Source: Hyphochytrium catenoides
Taxonomy: Eukaryota > Protista > Hyphochytriomycota
DNA length: 64,000 bases
Assembly (NCBI GenBank): GCA_900088475.1
Contig: FLMG01001356.1
Coordinates: 1 to 64,000, forward strand
Reading direction: 5' to 3'
Shown here: positions 11,801 through 22,293 of the stretch, piece by piece
Layout of the letters: each line of letters starts with the position of its first letter
Numbering within the stretch: the first letter of the stretch is position 1
The notes under the pieces: model-generated
Told to the model about the DNA's origin: nothing
What the model saw: only the letters and a program-made list of their open reading frames with translations
Database searches by the model: none
Position numbers and translations under genes: made by a program

Positions 11801-13091
11801 AACTCCAAGGTGCGAGATCTCATTTTAAGGTTTTCGGCTCACATTCTCGCTCCCAAGGAATGACCGGCAACTAGGAGCTCCACAGTGACAACTGCAATGG
11901 ACGTGGCAGAGCGTACACACCGTTGGAGATGGCACACAGCGGAAGCAAAAGCGAACGTGAAAAATTGTTACCGTATCTTCTTGCCGCCGATCCTTTGCCA
12001 GTTGTAGTCAAAGGTTAGCTCCTCTCCCTCTTGGATGTCCCGATCGGCTATTATGGCAATTCTTGTTTTGCCCTGCACCGACCTACAACGTTCTGTCAGG
12101 CTTCTTTGTTTTGTAAGTAGGGTGTATGTCTCTCAAAAACCAAGTGAACGGTGCTATAGGACCGGGGAGTCAAAAATGACTGATTGGCAGTGATGCACTG
12201 ACCACTTTTCGGTTTTGCAGTTTGGGTCACAACTATGGTTGAGGAAGCGCGATAGATTTCCCTTTCTTCTCGCATCAATGTAGACGCCAGGCTGAAGCAT
12301 GAGAAAGTAGAAGTTGATATCTCCCTGAGAAAAGGAAAACAGAAGGGTGTAAGGGCCGATAAGGGAAGGTTACCAGCTGAGGCTAAATACTAGATATAGA
12401 TGACAAGAAGACAGGTGAACCCCTGGACCTGTTGCTGCCGCAACCGACGAACGAACTCCTTTTCGTCGATGACTTCTCCAATGTACTCCATAATCAGTCG
12501 ACCTTCTTCTATCTTATGGCCAGCTTTGACGCCAAGCCCCTTGTGGTCCGTCTGTGACGCATGGGACAGTATGGAAGCTTGTGTAAGGGCAATGACGGCA
12601 TTTGAACGCGCAAACACTCTCTCCTTCCGATGCTTACCCTGAAAGGTACAAGTTCACAATAGTCCTTCTTCTGTAGCCTCTGGTTTCTACAGAAGGGTCC
12701 ACAGCGACATTGTCCTGGGCAACAGGAAGACAAGGATTGGCGAGCCGAGGGGGAATATGTCCCCGGTCCAGAAAGTTCAATCGCAGTCGTCATTTGAGCA
12801 TCTGCACGGTTTCCTACCTGAGATGCATTCGACGAAAGTCGCATAATTCAGACAAGAAACATCGTTGCACCGGACGAGGACATCTTTGTCTTGGGAGGTC
12901 ACAGAGGCAGCCACTTCTGCCCTCGTTGGCGGAGTACACTCGCACACTCCGCCCAGCTCATCTTCAGAGCTCTTGGAGAGTTTGCATAAGTATTCAGACT
13001 CCGTGATAAGCTTGAACCCGGCCTCCTCTTCAATGTTGATAACAGGAGGTGCCTGTTGGGCCTCCAGCGTTACCGTGCCATTCTCACCCAT
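5803..13091 (-). CDS. Multidomain fusion: AWS-SET-postSET histone lysine methyltransferase + Tudor + RRM + cyclin (N and C boxes) + CDK-like pseudokinase
   Basis: Exons on minus strand: 13091-12818, 12714-12638, 12551-12429, 12324-12203, 12082-11972, 11891-11843, 11774-11614, 11545-11383, 11254-11004, 10794-10709, 10553-10299, 9994-9849, 9691-9548, 9395-9273, 9012-8911, 8724-8428, [uncertain exon + N gap], ~8102-7972, 7816-7489, 7215-7028, 6819-6671, 6475-6317, 6061-5803. Motifs: CRNQRLQK; IMEYIGEVID; RFLNHSCDPNC; GEELTFDYNW; CHCGAPSCRSFLG; IRVLWPEDRTYYEA..FDPESGKHQLLY; LKVTNLAP..RGYMSF; SWIFTVEEM; EEALCLQIGFDLHFEDPF; GLSSTALQE; HRNIK; PPEVLLG; DLWQVGCLFA; LQLDPSKRISAREAL. Confidence 0.8.
8103..8151. 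other. Assembly gap (N run) inside the cyclin-to-kinase junction
   Basis: Run of n characters; true length unknown. Confidence 0.99.
9009..9086. repeat. 40-bp tandem duplication of an intron 3' end (branch point + acceptor)
   Basis: acacctagaaaagcaggtcaataattagaagctatcta occurs twice with period 40. Confidence 0.95.
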
Positions 13092-14290
13092 CTTGATAAA
13101 AACACCGCCTCCTATCCTGGACTTTAGCGCTGCCTTCTAATCCATTGCCAATGCCAACTCAATATGCTCGCTCTCGTCGAGTTGAAGTCCCTCTGGATTG
13201 CTAGGGATCTACCGCCGGCTTCTCTACATGGGAGTGTGTCCTTTCGGGTACCTTCCTCCTCCTACCAGTTCGCCTTTGTCGTCAAGGTCTTATGGAGCAG
13301 CTAAAATTACCTAGCGGAGATTGGAATAGCCCTTCCCCAGCTGAGCTTCTTTCCCCTTTCAAGCCCCAGCGGACTGAGAACGGCACGTTGACGGGCGCGG
13401 AGCGGAAGGTTAGATAGAGCGTGACAGTGGAAGGACGATCGTGCAGGATACAAGGTTTGCGGTGTCAGCGCAGCAGCGGTGTGGAGACAGAAGTTCCTCT
13501 TGCTCTCTCTTTTCCTCTCCTTCCATCTCCCGCCTGATCTCCCCTCCCTCATGCCCCATCGATTTGTGTGATTTATAAGGAATCGGGCTTACGTTACAGG
13601 CGATTATTCGTGATAGCTCTGGCTGTGATGATCGTGCTGAAGTTTCCAATGGAGATATTATTATTGTAGATCTTTCTCCATCATCACAGACGGTGGATGC
13701 CGCCCCTCATCCTGAGATAAACATTAGGGTTAGAGGGTGAGATGGTCCTAGTCCTTGCCCGCATCATCCTGGATGAAGGTCAGGGGATGGAGTGGCACCT
13801 GGTGGACTGTAGAAGGCAGGTGGGAGACTCAGATGTGAATGGGGCAGAGCTATATGGAGCACTTCCCGCAGTCTGTGGGATCTATCTCAAGGGCTAGGCG
13901 GAGCAGAAGAGCGTCGATATGGCCGGCCCACGCACATCCGGGGAGGAGAACAGATCCTACCTCTTAGTAGGTCAGAGGTGTGCTGGAACTGTGAGAATAT
14001 TTTTACTCCTAATCACTTGACACTCATGCCTCTGACATGCTGTCTGGCAAAGAAAGGGAAGTGCTAGAGAAACGCCTGTTACTGAGGAGACTACTACGTG
14101 AGGCTCAGTGTTGCCCTAGCAGAGCAAATCCCGGGTGCTAGTGAGAGGTTTAATGAAGTTATTGAAGTAGCTCAGTTAAGACGCTTCCCTCTACCTCCAT
14201 AGAAGCTACTTGGGACTAGGCTGGGAACATTGCTCTTACTTCTATCTGAAAAGGAGGTAAATCTCCACAGTCTGGAGAAAAGCGTAGAAT

Positions 14291-16062
14291 CTAGGTCTTG
14301 AAAGCCTCCTCGCGGTTACGCTTTCGCCTATTACTCAGTACCAACCTATCACTGTAGCTCTGTGCAATCTCTAGGGCATCCACTTCCTGGTCTTCTATAA
14401 CTTTGTCTGTGCTGTCATCCTCGCCTCCTTTAGAACTGGAGCTAAACTTTAGTGTGCAGTTATATCCGCGGAGACGGAAAGTCTGTTTATCCACCTGGTT
14501 GGCGAAGAAGAAGCTTGAAGGTAGACTAGAAAGGCTGACTTGAAGCCCTGGTTTCTTGTCATCCTTGTCACATACTGCTTCAACAGTGACCTCTATAGCG
14601 GGGCCCATCTCTGATTGTCGAACTAACGACTTCTCAGTAACTGTCTTCGGTGTCAGACTATAAACTCCGCCAAACTCTTTTTCAAGCCCCTCCAACGTTG
14701 TGGCGCTCGCCGTCTGGTCGAACCCCTTGAGTCCTTGCGCAAACTCAAATATTCTGAAAAGAAAGGGTATGCTTGGGCAATAGCTATCTGCAACTGGCTG
14801 ATCAACGGACTGGCAGCAAAATAGTCACCGTTGGTCATCACACAGAGCCCCACTCCGGTAGTCATTTCCATACCAAACCAGCTGGTAAAGCCCTCGTTGG
14901 CCCCAGAGTGCGAGAGTGCCAAATGACCCGTCTCTCGGTTGCGCTCAACGTTAAAGCCAAGACCATAGCCAGAAGAGGGGTCAGGGCTCGGGAAGTGCAG
15001 CGTGACCAACTCTTTTGCCAAACCTTCAGTCAAGAAGCTCGTAGTCCAGGATGCGTCACGAGGGAACCTAAGACTCACTTTTTCGTCTCCAGCCTCCGGA
15101 ATCCTACTTCCGCTTTCTTGCTCTTTGCCTTTAAGGGAATTTTGCAGAGCGCCTTGGATCGCCATGAGCACCTTACAGAGGTCAGACGGGGTAGTCCAGA
15201 GTCCGGCTGCCGCGCTCTCAGGATAGAGATAGTAAGGGCTCGCTCCACTGACAGGCTTAGGGCCTCCCACGTGTCCCGCTGACACGTCTTCACGTTGCGG
15301 CCTAAGCTCAAACGTGCTTTGCCCCATGGCCAGAGGCTCGAAGACTAGCTCCTTCATGAGGACGGAGAACGGCTTTCCCGCCACGTCTTCCATGATCTTC
15401 TGTAGGACTACGTACCCTCCTCCAGAGTAGATATAGGAGATGGTGGGAATATAGGTGAGGGCCACCTTTTCCGAATTCGCCGCACCGGTGCCGGTCAGGA
15501 TATCTCCAAGCGACGGCAAGACTTGCTTTTCTCCTTGGTCTTGATAGCCGCCAAAGCCATGGGTTGAGAGGCCGGCGCGGTGAGAAAGGAGCTGTCGTAG
15601 TGTTATGGCTGGCTTATCGTCAGGTACACGCCAGTCCGTGCGGAGGTAGGTGTTTATGTTCTCATCTAGATCTAGAAAACCTGCCTGCACCATTCTGAGG
15701 CACCCTACAGCGGCTACAGGCTTCGATAAAGAAGCGGCTTGAAAGCGAGTAGACACTTGCATTGGCTGCCGCGTAGACGAGTTCCGAAGGCCGTAGCACA
15801 GGGGGAGGACCTCGCCCTGATGGGCTGATGCTACAGCGATGGAGACTCCTGGGACGTTAAGAGCACTAAGGGCTTCTGAGGTTAGCGATTTCCCGTCTAA
15901 TAGAGCTGTTTGGAGGAGCTTCTGAGCCAGTTCTCTTGCTCGGGTTTCCATGGCAATGCTAAGGCCGTTATCACTACGGCGGGGAACCTCGTGAAATCCA
16001 GGACCCGCAGTAGAGGCCACGGAGGTAGACAATGCTGCCGCAGTTGTAGTTTTAATTGTCAT
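14291..16062 (-). CDS. Intronless serine hydrolase of the beta-lactamase class C/AmpC-like family, with C-terminal extension in the -1 frame
   Basis: NVPGVSIAV, FQAASLSK (SxxK), LRQLLSHRAGL, YIYSGGGY (YxN position = YSG), AAAGLWTTPSDL, SHSGANEGF. Frame 0 stops at 14653; an overlapping -1 frame ORF continues (LEKEFGGVY...) to TAG 14291. Confidence 0.85.
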
Positions 16063-18392
16063 GGGTACTAGAGCGATGGGAATCCTGGTAGACGGTCTGT
16101 ATTATGGTGGTTTGGCTCCCAGTATTATGTTAGAACTAGCTATTGACGAACAAGTAGTGCAGACCGCTTGACCGCTTGCCCTGCGAGGGAGCTGTGGCCG
16201 GTGAGTCGGAGATGTTGGAAATTACAAAGTGAGGCTTGGAAGAGGTGTACTGCTGATGCTATTACTCTCCTTCGGGACTGAGGCTGACGAGGATGCCTCG
16301 TTTCATCACAACCCCCACCAAGCACCGGATAAACATACTGCGCGAAGTAGCAGAAACAGGAGTTGACTCAACGTTGGGAGGTAGCTCGGAGGACGACCTT
16401 CCGTTGAGGAAGAGATGTAATAGCGAGAGAAAGGAAGACAAGTGCCTTTCATCTTGTAGGAGAGCGAATCGACGGAGGAGCTGAACCCGCCAGGAGGAAG
16501 ACTCTGTTCGTCGATAACCTTATTATGACGCCACCAGGCTGAAGATTCCTCTTGAAGCAAAGAGCTTTCTCCTCGGTCCGGATGACCCTTATTACTTATT
16601 ACCTATCGTGCAATTATTGGACACTCCTCTCCAACTCCAAACCTGCAACTTCTATGGCTGGATCATCCTTCAGGACTGTTCTGTATGGTGCTGTCGCGTA
16701 GCCAAAACTGTGAGTGAGAAGAGAGGGAAGAGCAACAAAACCAACTTCTTCTATGTCCAGAATTTTTTCGTTTTATAATAAATATTCTGGAGAAGGATAA
16801 AACTGTTCGAGCGATCTCTACAGCATTTTATAAGGCAAGCCTTGTTACATTGGTTACAGTTTATAAAAGTGGAGAAAATACTTTTTTGGAGATGGTTTTA
16901 TTAGTCAGTAGTTTTATTGAAAGGCCTTATTCTTTATTAGGAATATTGTTCACAGAATCGATCATGCAGGAGCGCGCGAAAATCTTTCTACGAGTACTGT
17001 GTTACGAGCCAAGCGCTTGATTATAAATAAAGCGCCTTACTCGAACGACGTTACCGGCTCTAAGGCAAGATCGGGTAATGCCAAAGAAGTCGCGTCAAAA
17101 CCTTCCCAGAAAACAGCCAAAGACCACAAAGGAGAAAAGCAACCACCGCAAGACAATCACCTCCCTGTTCTCGACACCTTTGGAGCGAAGAAGCGCGAAA
17201 GATCCAATCGAAAGCCTACTAGCAACGAGGGCACCAGAAGAAGCGCTCGCTTGCTACAGAAAGCCTCTCTTAGCAAAGAAAGTGTTTGCTCCACGAACTA
17301 GTGAAGCAGCCACTCACAAGCACTCCGAGATCGAACCTGATAGTCTCAAGAACGTTTATTGGATAAGTCACTCTCTCTCCTGGGTTATAACGCCTTCGAA
17401 CCTACCTATCAAACGGTTCCAGCTCAAGCTCATTGTTCTCTTGTGACTTCATCGAGTGGACGCCACAACGCCACATAGACCTGTCAGCCTTCTCTTCTTG
17501 GAGGAGCTTCACCCTTCCTTCCTTTTCTTCCTTGGGCCAAGAATTCTGATCAAGCCTTTACACGCTCTCTAGCACCTAGTAATAGTCTGTCCTCTTAGCA
17601 CTAGCACTCCATAGCGACTAGCGTTCTGACCTCTTAGCGAACAACAGTAGTAGTAGACTTTAGCCTTAGCTATGTTCTCTTCTAGCTAGCTTTGAGCTTT
17701 CTGTCGAGTTCGAGCTTTATAGTCTAGCATTAGTCTCATTCTGCAAGTTTCCAGACAATCAACAATCATAAACATCAAGATAATAACAAACAAGAGTTTC
17801 ATATTCCCAGCACCGATCTCCTTCAATCATCATCAAAGATTGGATTTTACTTGGTACACCAATCATCACACAAATACGGAATCCAGTCACCATCTTCGAG
17901 TGCATCAGGAATAAATCATCCTGCATGTAACAACTGTAAGCGATTTCAAAAAATCCGATGGTGAGTTAGTGGTTCTATCTTCAACAATTGTACCAGAAGA
18001 CCATACAAACCACTCCACCCCACCGCCCACCGCTGGTCTAGCATTGCGTTGGCGCCACTGAGGTCGCAAAGGTTCTGACACCCAGAGCTCAATTTCAACC
18101 GTACTAGGGAGATTGCCAACCCATCGCAGCCGATCTCTATAAACAGATCATCAATCAGTCGAGGAAGGATTCTTCTTCCGAAGAACAAGAGAAAGTTGAT
18201 GCCATCAAGAACCTTCCCTTCTTTCTTGGGTGCCAAAATGCCTCTAGCAGCTACAACACCGCATTAATCAACTCTTCCTTTACCTCCACCGACCTCGTAT
18301 CTCACTCTTCCATTGGTCTTCGCCTTGCGAATCCTCTTGTTTTTTTCAAATATATTTTTTTTACGCGGGGCCAGCCATCCCCTTTAGCGGCC

Positions 18393-19525
18393 TCCCTCTC
18401 TGTGCCTCCTGCAGCAGCTTCAAACTCTGACTCTCCCGCGGCTTGGGTCTCTGTGTCTCCTGCAGGGGCTTCAATCTCTGTGTCTCCTGCAGGGACTTCC
18501 AGTCTCTGTGTCTCCTGCAGGGACTTCCAGTCTTTGTTGCTCCTGCAGGGGATTCAGTCTCTGGAATAGTCTCCTGCAGCGGCCTTAGTCTCTATGTCTT
18601 CTACAGGGGCTCCAGTCTCTGTCTCTCCTGCAGGGGCTTCCGTGGTCTCTGGGCCTCTGCAGTGCATTCAGTCTCTGTATCTCCCGCGGCGGCTTCAGCG
18701 TCTCCTGAGGCGGCCGCGGCACTCCATAATGCGGCAGTTGATCCTGCGGCCTCCTTACTCTCCTGTCTGTGAAGCTGACCCAGAAGAAATGTCCCTTGGA
18801 CCTTTTTCATGCAACGAAGAAGTTTTTAATGCAGTACAAACATTCCAAAGAGTTCAGCATTATCAAAGGTAAGAAGAAGAACAGCTCCCACTTCAGGAAA
18901 TCGATATCAGCCTTGGATAGTTCCTTTACAGAAGCGGGGCCAGTACCCTTATTAAGCGTCTCCTGGCTCAGTAATGGGTGCCCGGTGTGAACCCATCGCT
19001 GCTCGTTTTTACATCGGCGTACTAAGTACGTGTTTGACACATTGCAGATGTGATTATTCTGATACGCCACATGCAACTAGTCTTCTTGGTTCCTTTGGAG
19101 TCCTCGTCTAGTCTCGAAGTGCTAAATAGCAGTGACATAATATGAACTGGGAGCTGTCCTTCTTCTTGCCCTTGACAACGCTGAACCCTTTGGATGTGGG
19201 CCCATCTCTGTACTGCATTGGAGGCTTCTTTCGTTGCACGAAAAAGGCCCAAGGGGCATTCCTTCTGGGTCAGCTTCAAAGAGAGGAGAGGGCGCTGATA
19301 CAGCACCTGCGGGAGACACAGAGATGAAGCCCCTGCACGTGATACAGGACGGAAGCTACTGCAGGAGACACAGAGACGGAACCGCTGAAGGAGATACAGA
19401 GAAGGAAGTCCCTGCAGGAGACACAGGGGCTGCAGCCCCTGGAGGAGGCACAGAGACTGAAGTCCCTGTAGAAGACACAGAGACTGCAGCCGCAGGAGGA
19501 GACACGGAGACGGAATCCGCTGTAG
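18393..19525. mobile_element. Foldback/Mutator-like relic: long imperfect inverted repeat with 27-bp subrepeat arrays and a degenerate FAR1/WRKY-GCM1-like DNA-binding-domain sequence
   Basis: Arms about 18393-18895 and 19142-19525 are reverse complements. With frameshifts the minus strand reads F.ATKEASNAVQRWAH.KGFSVVKGKKK..FILCHC..TKKTSCMWRIRI..WVHTGHPL, resembling MULE transposase N-terminal domains. Confidence 0.55.
18395..18725 (+). repeat. Minisatellite, ~27-bp unit gtctctgtgtctcctgcaggggcttca (about 12 units)
   Basis: Directly visible tandem units; inverted counterpart array at about 19300-19523. Confidence 0.9.
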
Positions 19526-19932
19526 GTCAGTTATTGAAATCGTAGCCTTCGGCAGAGCTCAGCACGAAAATTGGCCCTTAACCTTCCAAGTGCTTTCGGG
19601 AACAGCAGCGACGTTCTCAGGAAGGTTACCGCTTGCGTGTAGGTACCCAGACCTTTTAACCTTGCCCTAGTAGCACTACCACTATTGCCACCTCATCATG
19701 TTTTCTCATGGCCTCGTAAAGTTCTAGCAACCACTTTCCCCGTCCACTCGCTCCCTATCGTAGAATACAGATAAAAAGATTCTGTCAAGGGTCAATTGTT
19801 AGCTTCATAGCAAGATGTGGTGTCACAGTATTAGGACCAATTATTATAGCTGGAGTTTCTCCCTGTCAAAGCTGGTCTACTGGACCGACAGCCATCATTG
19901 CTTCAGCAGTAGTAGGGGTCGGAAGCAAAAGC

Positions 19933-21711
19933 TCAGGCAGACTTTAGCGATCGCCTCTTAGCGGAAGAAATGAGGAACAGGAGAACTATGGAGAGAGCAG
20001 ACAATCCCATCTCTATACAGGTGAAGATCGGGAAGATCGGTCCCGTAATGTTTCTGTGTACAGCAATATTGATTACGCTGGGGACATGTTACAAGACGAA
20101 GACGAAATATGCTTCTTACCCGCTTGCCAGAAGCGCCACACACGACCCGAAGACTGCAATTTGACGCCAGAGCTCGATGGTGACCATATGCGGCATATTA
20201 CGTAGCATGGACGCTGCGAACGAATCAGGAAAACGCAACAGCTGAGTTCAGTACTAACAATGTCCATGTTTCAGTGAGAAAAGGCCTTGATTGCTAGGCT
20301 GCTACCTTGGCACCAGCTTGAAAAGATTACTGAAAAGAGAAGTGCCAAGTAAACTCTGTCATTTAGACGCTTGGAGAAAAGCAAGAGCAAGAGCGCTCCG
20401 ACGTTAATTGTGGCAAAGTTTAGCCAATGGTAGACTAAAGCAGCCCAGGTGCTGTTGATCACTCCTCGAAGTCGAGTCGCCGTGCTGGGATCCGGTAAGC
20501 TCTTTCTCCTAGCCATGGCAGGACGATATCCAGGTCCGACGAAAAATGTCCTTGCTCGTTGCCCCCACTGCTCAATAGCAACATTTGCTTATGACACAAA
20601 TGAATGGCAAAAGCCAGAAACGATAGAACTTACTGTCGGTGCCAATAAGATACGCTGCCAGATGCTCCAAAACAGGTTAATTTGCACCCAGATTGGGTCT
20701 ATAGAGTCAATATCCCTAAGGACCCTAAAGCGCCATGAAAGGGATCATAATGTGACGGCCGGTGGATCAAAGCAGTGGTGGATAGATAACCTACCCATAG
20801 ACGACATTTTCATCCCCCTTGGCTTCTGATTCTGTGAGAATGCCGGCGTAACTATAGAAAAAGCCCTTACCGGGCCGAAATCCTTCTCCCTCGTCCATAA
20901 AGCTGCCAAACAAGCGGTCCCAGATGATAAGGACACCTCCATAGTTTTTGTGCACCCTGCGGTCATGATGGACGCGGTGATGAGAAGGTGTGCATACCAG
21001 CCACTCCAAGATCCCAAGCCTGCGCACGGTCGTCGTGTGAACCCAGAACTGGAAGAGGGTATTCAGTTGACCCTGAAACGCGAAGAACTCGTATGGGAAG
21101 ACCAAGGCTAGGGGCATGTAGACCAACTGCGAGAAGAGCCCCTGGAACATGGACTGGCGGAGCGCTGTGGTGAGGTTGTACCGGTCGGAGGAATGGTGTG
21201 TGCTGTGCGATGCCCACGCGATGTTGACTTCATGTGCCAGTCTATGAAACCAATAATAGCCAAAATCAACCGCTAAGAAGCTCAGTATCCACTCCACCGT
21301 GGAGTTCATAGGAAACAGAGGTAAAGGTGATGCCTTCTGAACCCACTGATATAAGGAGAAGGTGAAGAACCGAAAGTAGAATGTGTACGCCAGCTGCTGC
21401 ATCATTCCCGATGTGATGGAGCAGATGCTGTCAGCCAGGTTATATTGGCCTGCAGCAGGAGTGGCACCCCAACCAACCACAAACTCCACGAGCATCAGCA
21501 GGAAAAAGAACGGAACCGCAGCATTAATGTACTCTGATAAAGATTGCACATATTAGACTTCGTTCAGAACGAGCAAGGGTCACGAACAAAATAGTACTCA
21601 CGCCCTCTTAGGTAGTCTTTCCCAATAAAAAAGGTGGCGATGGAAGACAAGACCACCGCAGCGAGGTAAATGCATACTTTCACAGGTGATGCTCCCACGG
21701 GTCTGACGCAG
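19933..21711 (-). CDS. AGMO: Alkylglycerol monooxygenase (fatty-acid hydroxylase superfamily); 5' end uncertain
   Basis: YYWFHRLAHEVN.WASHSTHHSS.YNLTTALRQS, YQFWxH-like FQFWVH, PSHHRVHH..KNYGGVLIIWDRLFGSF; spliced downstream exons give VVYGVLRDIDSIDPIWVQ and FVGPGY, typical of AGMO; TGA at 19933. Confidence 0.88.
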
Positions 21712-22293
21712 TGTTCAGCTTTGTTTGCAGACGCTGTGCGAACAGCTATCGGGCGCATAGCGCTAACTATTTGCCTTGCTGCTGACTGTTCCTGACGGCA
21801 CCTTACCCTGGGTCTTTGCAGTGTATTATATATTGACCGGCAGAAGCTCCAAGGCCTTGCGGATGCCGACTCTGATCCGACGTTCAGAAAAAAAGCTAAT
21901 GCCACCAAGGAGAAAGCTTCAACACTTGCTCCAGTTGCTGCCAACCTACAGTCACGGCCGCATCACGTCGGGCCCACGGTCAGCAACGCCTTTCTTTCCA
22001 CTTCAAGAACCTTTGACCATTTATTCTCTATTCTCCCAAATGCCACTTTTATTGGGCTGCGTCATCATACTGCTGTATAGTTAGAAGCGGGTCCTTCTAC
22101 ACAAAAAGTAGTTTTTTGAAGCTTGACGCGGCTTTTACTATACAAAGGGACTTCGCGGCTTGTCCCATGACATGCCGCTTTCTACTACTCAGCCCCTCAA
22201 TGCTAGAATCCGATACAGCGGGAAGTACGGCAACCCTGTTAAAGCTTTAGCCGACGACATAATAATAGATACCGTCCACGCAATAAATAATCT

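Noticed and set aside
13723-13740. Telomere-like TTAGGG/CCCTAA motifs (also near 46524 and 47132)
   Set aside because: Only one or two degenerate units, with no array.
18395-18725. CRISPR-like array
   Set aside because: Units are contiguous with no unique spacers, there are no cas genes, and the context is eukaryotic; it is a minisatellite.
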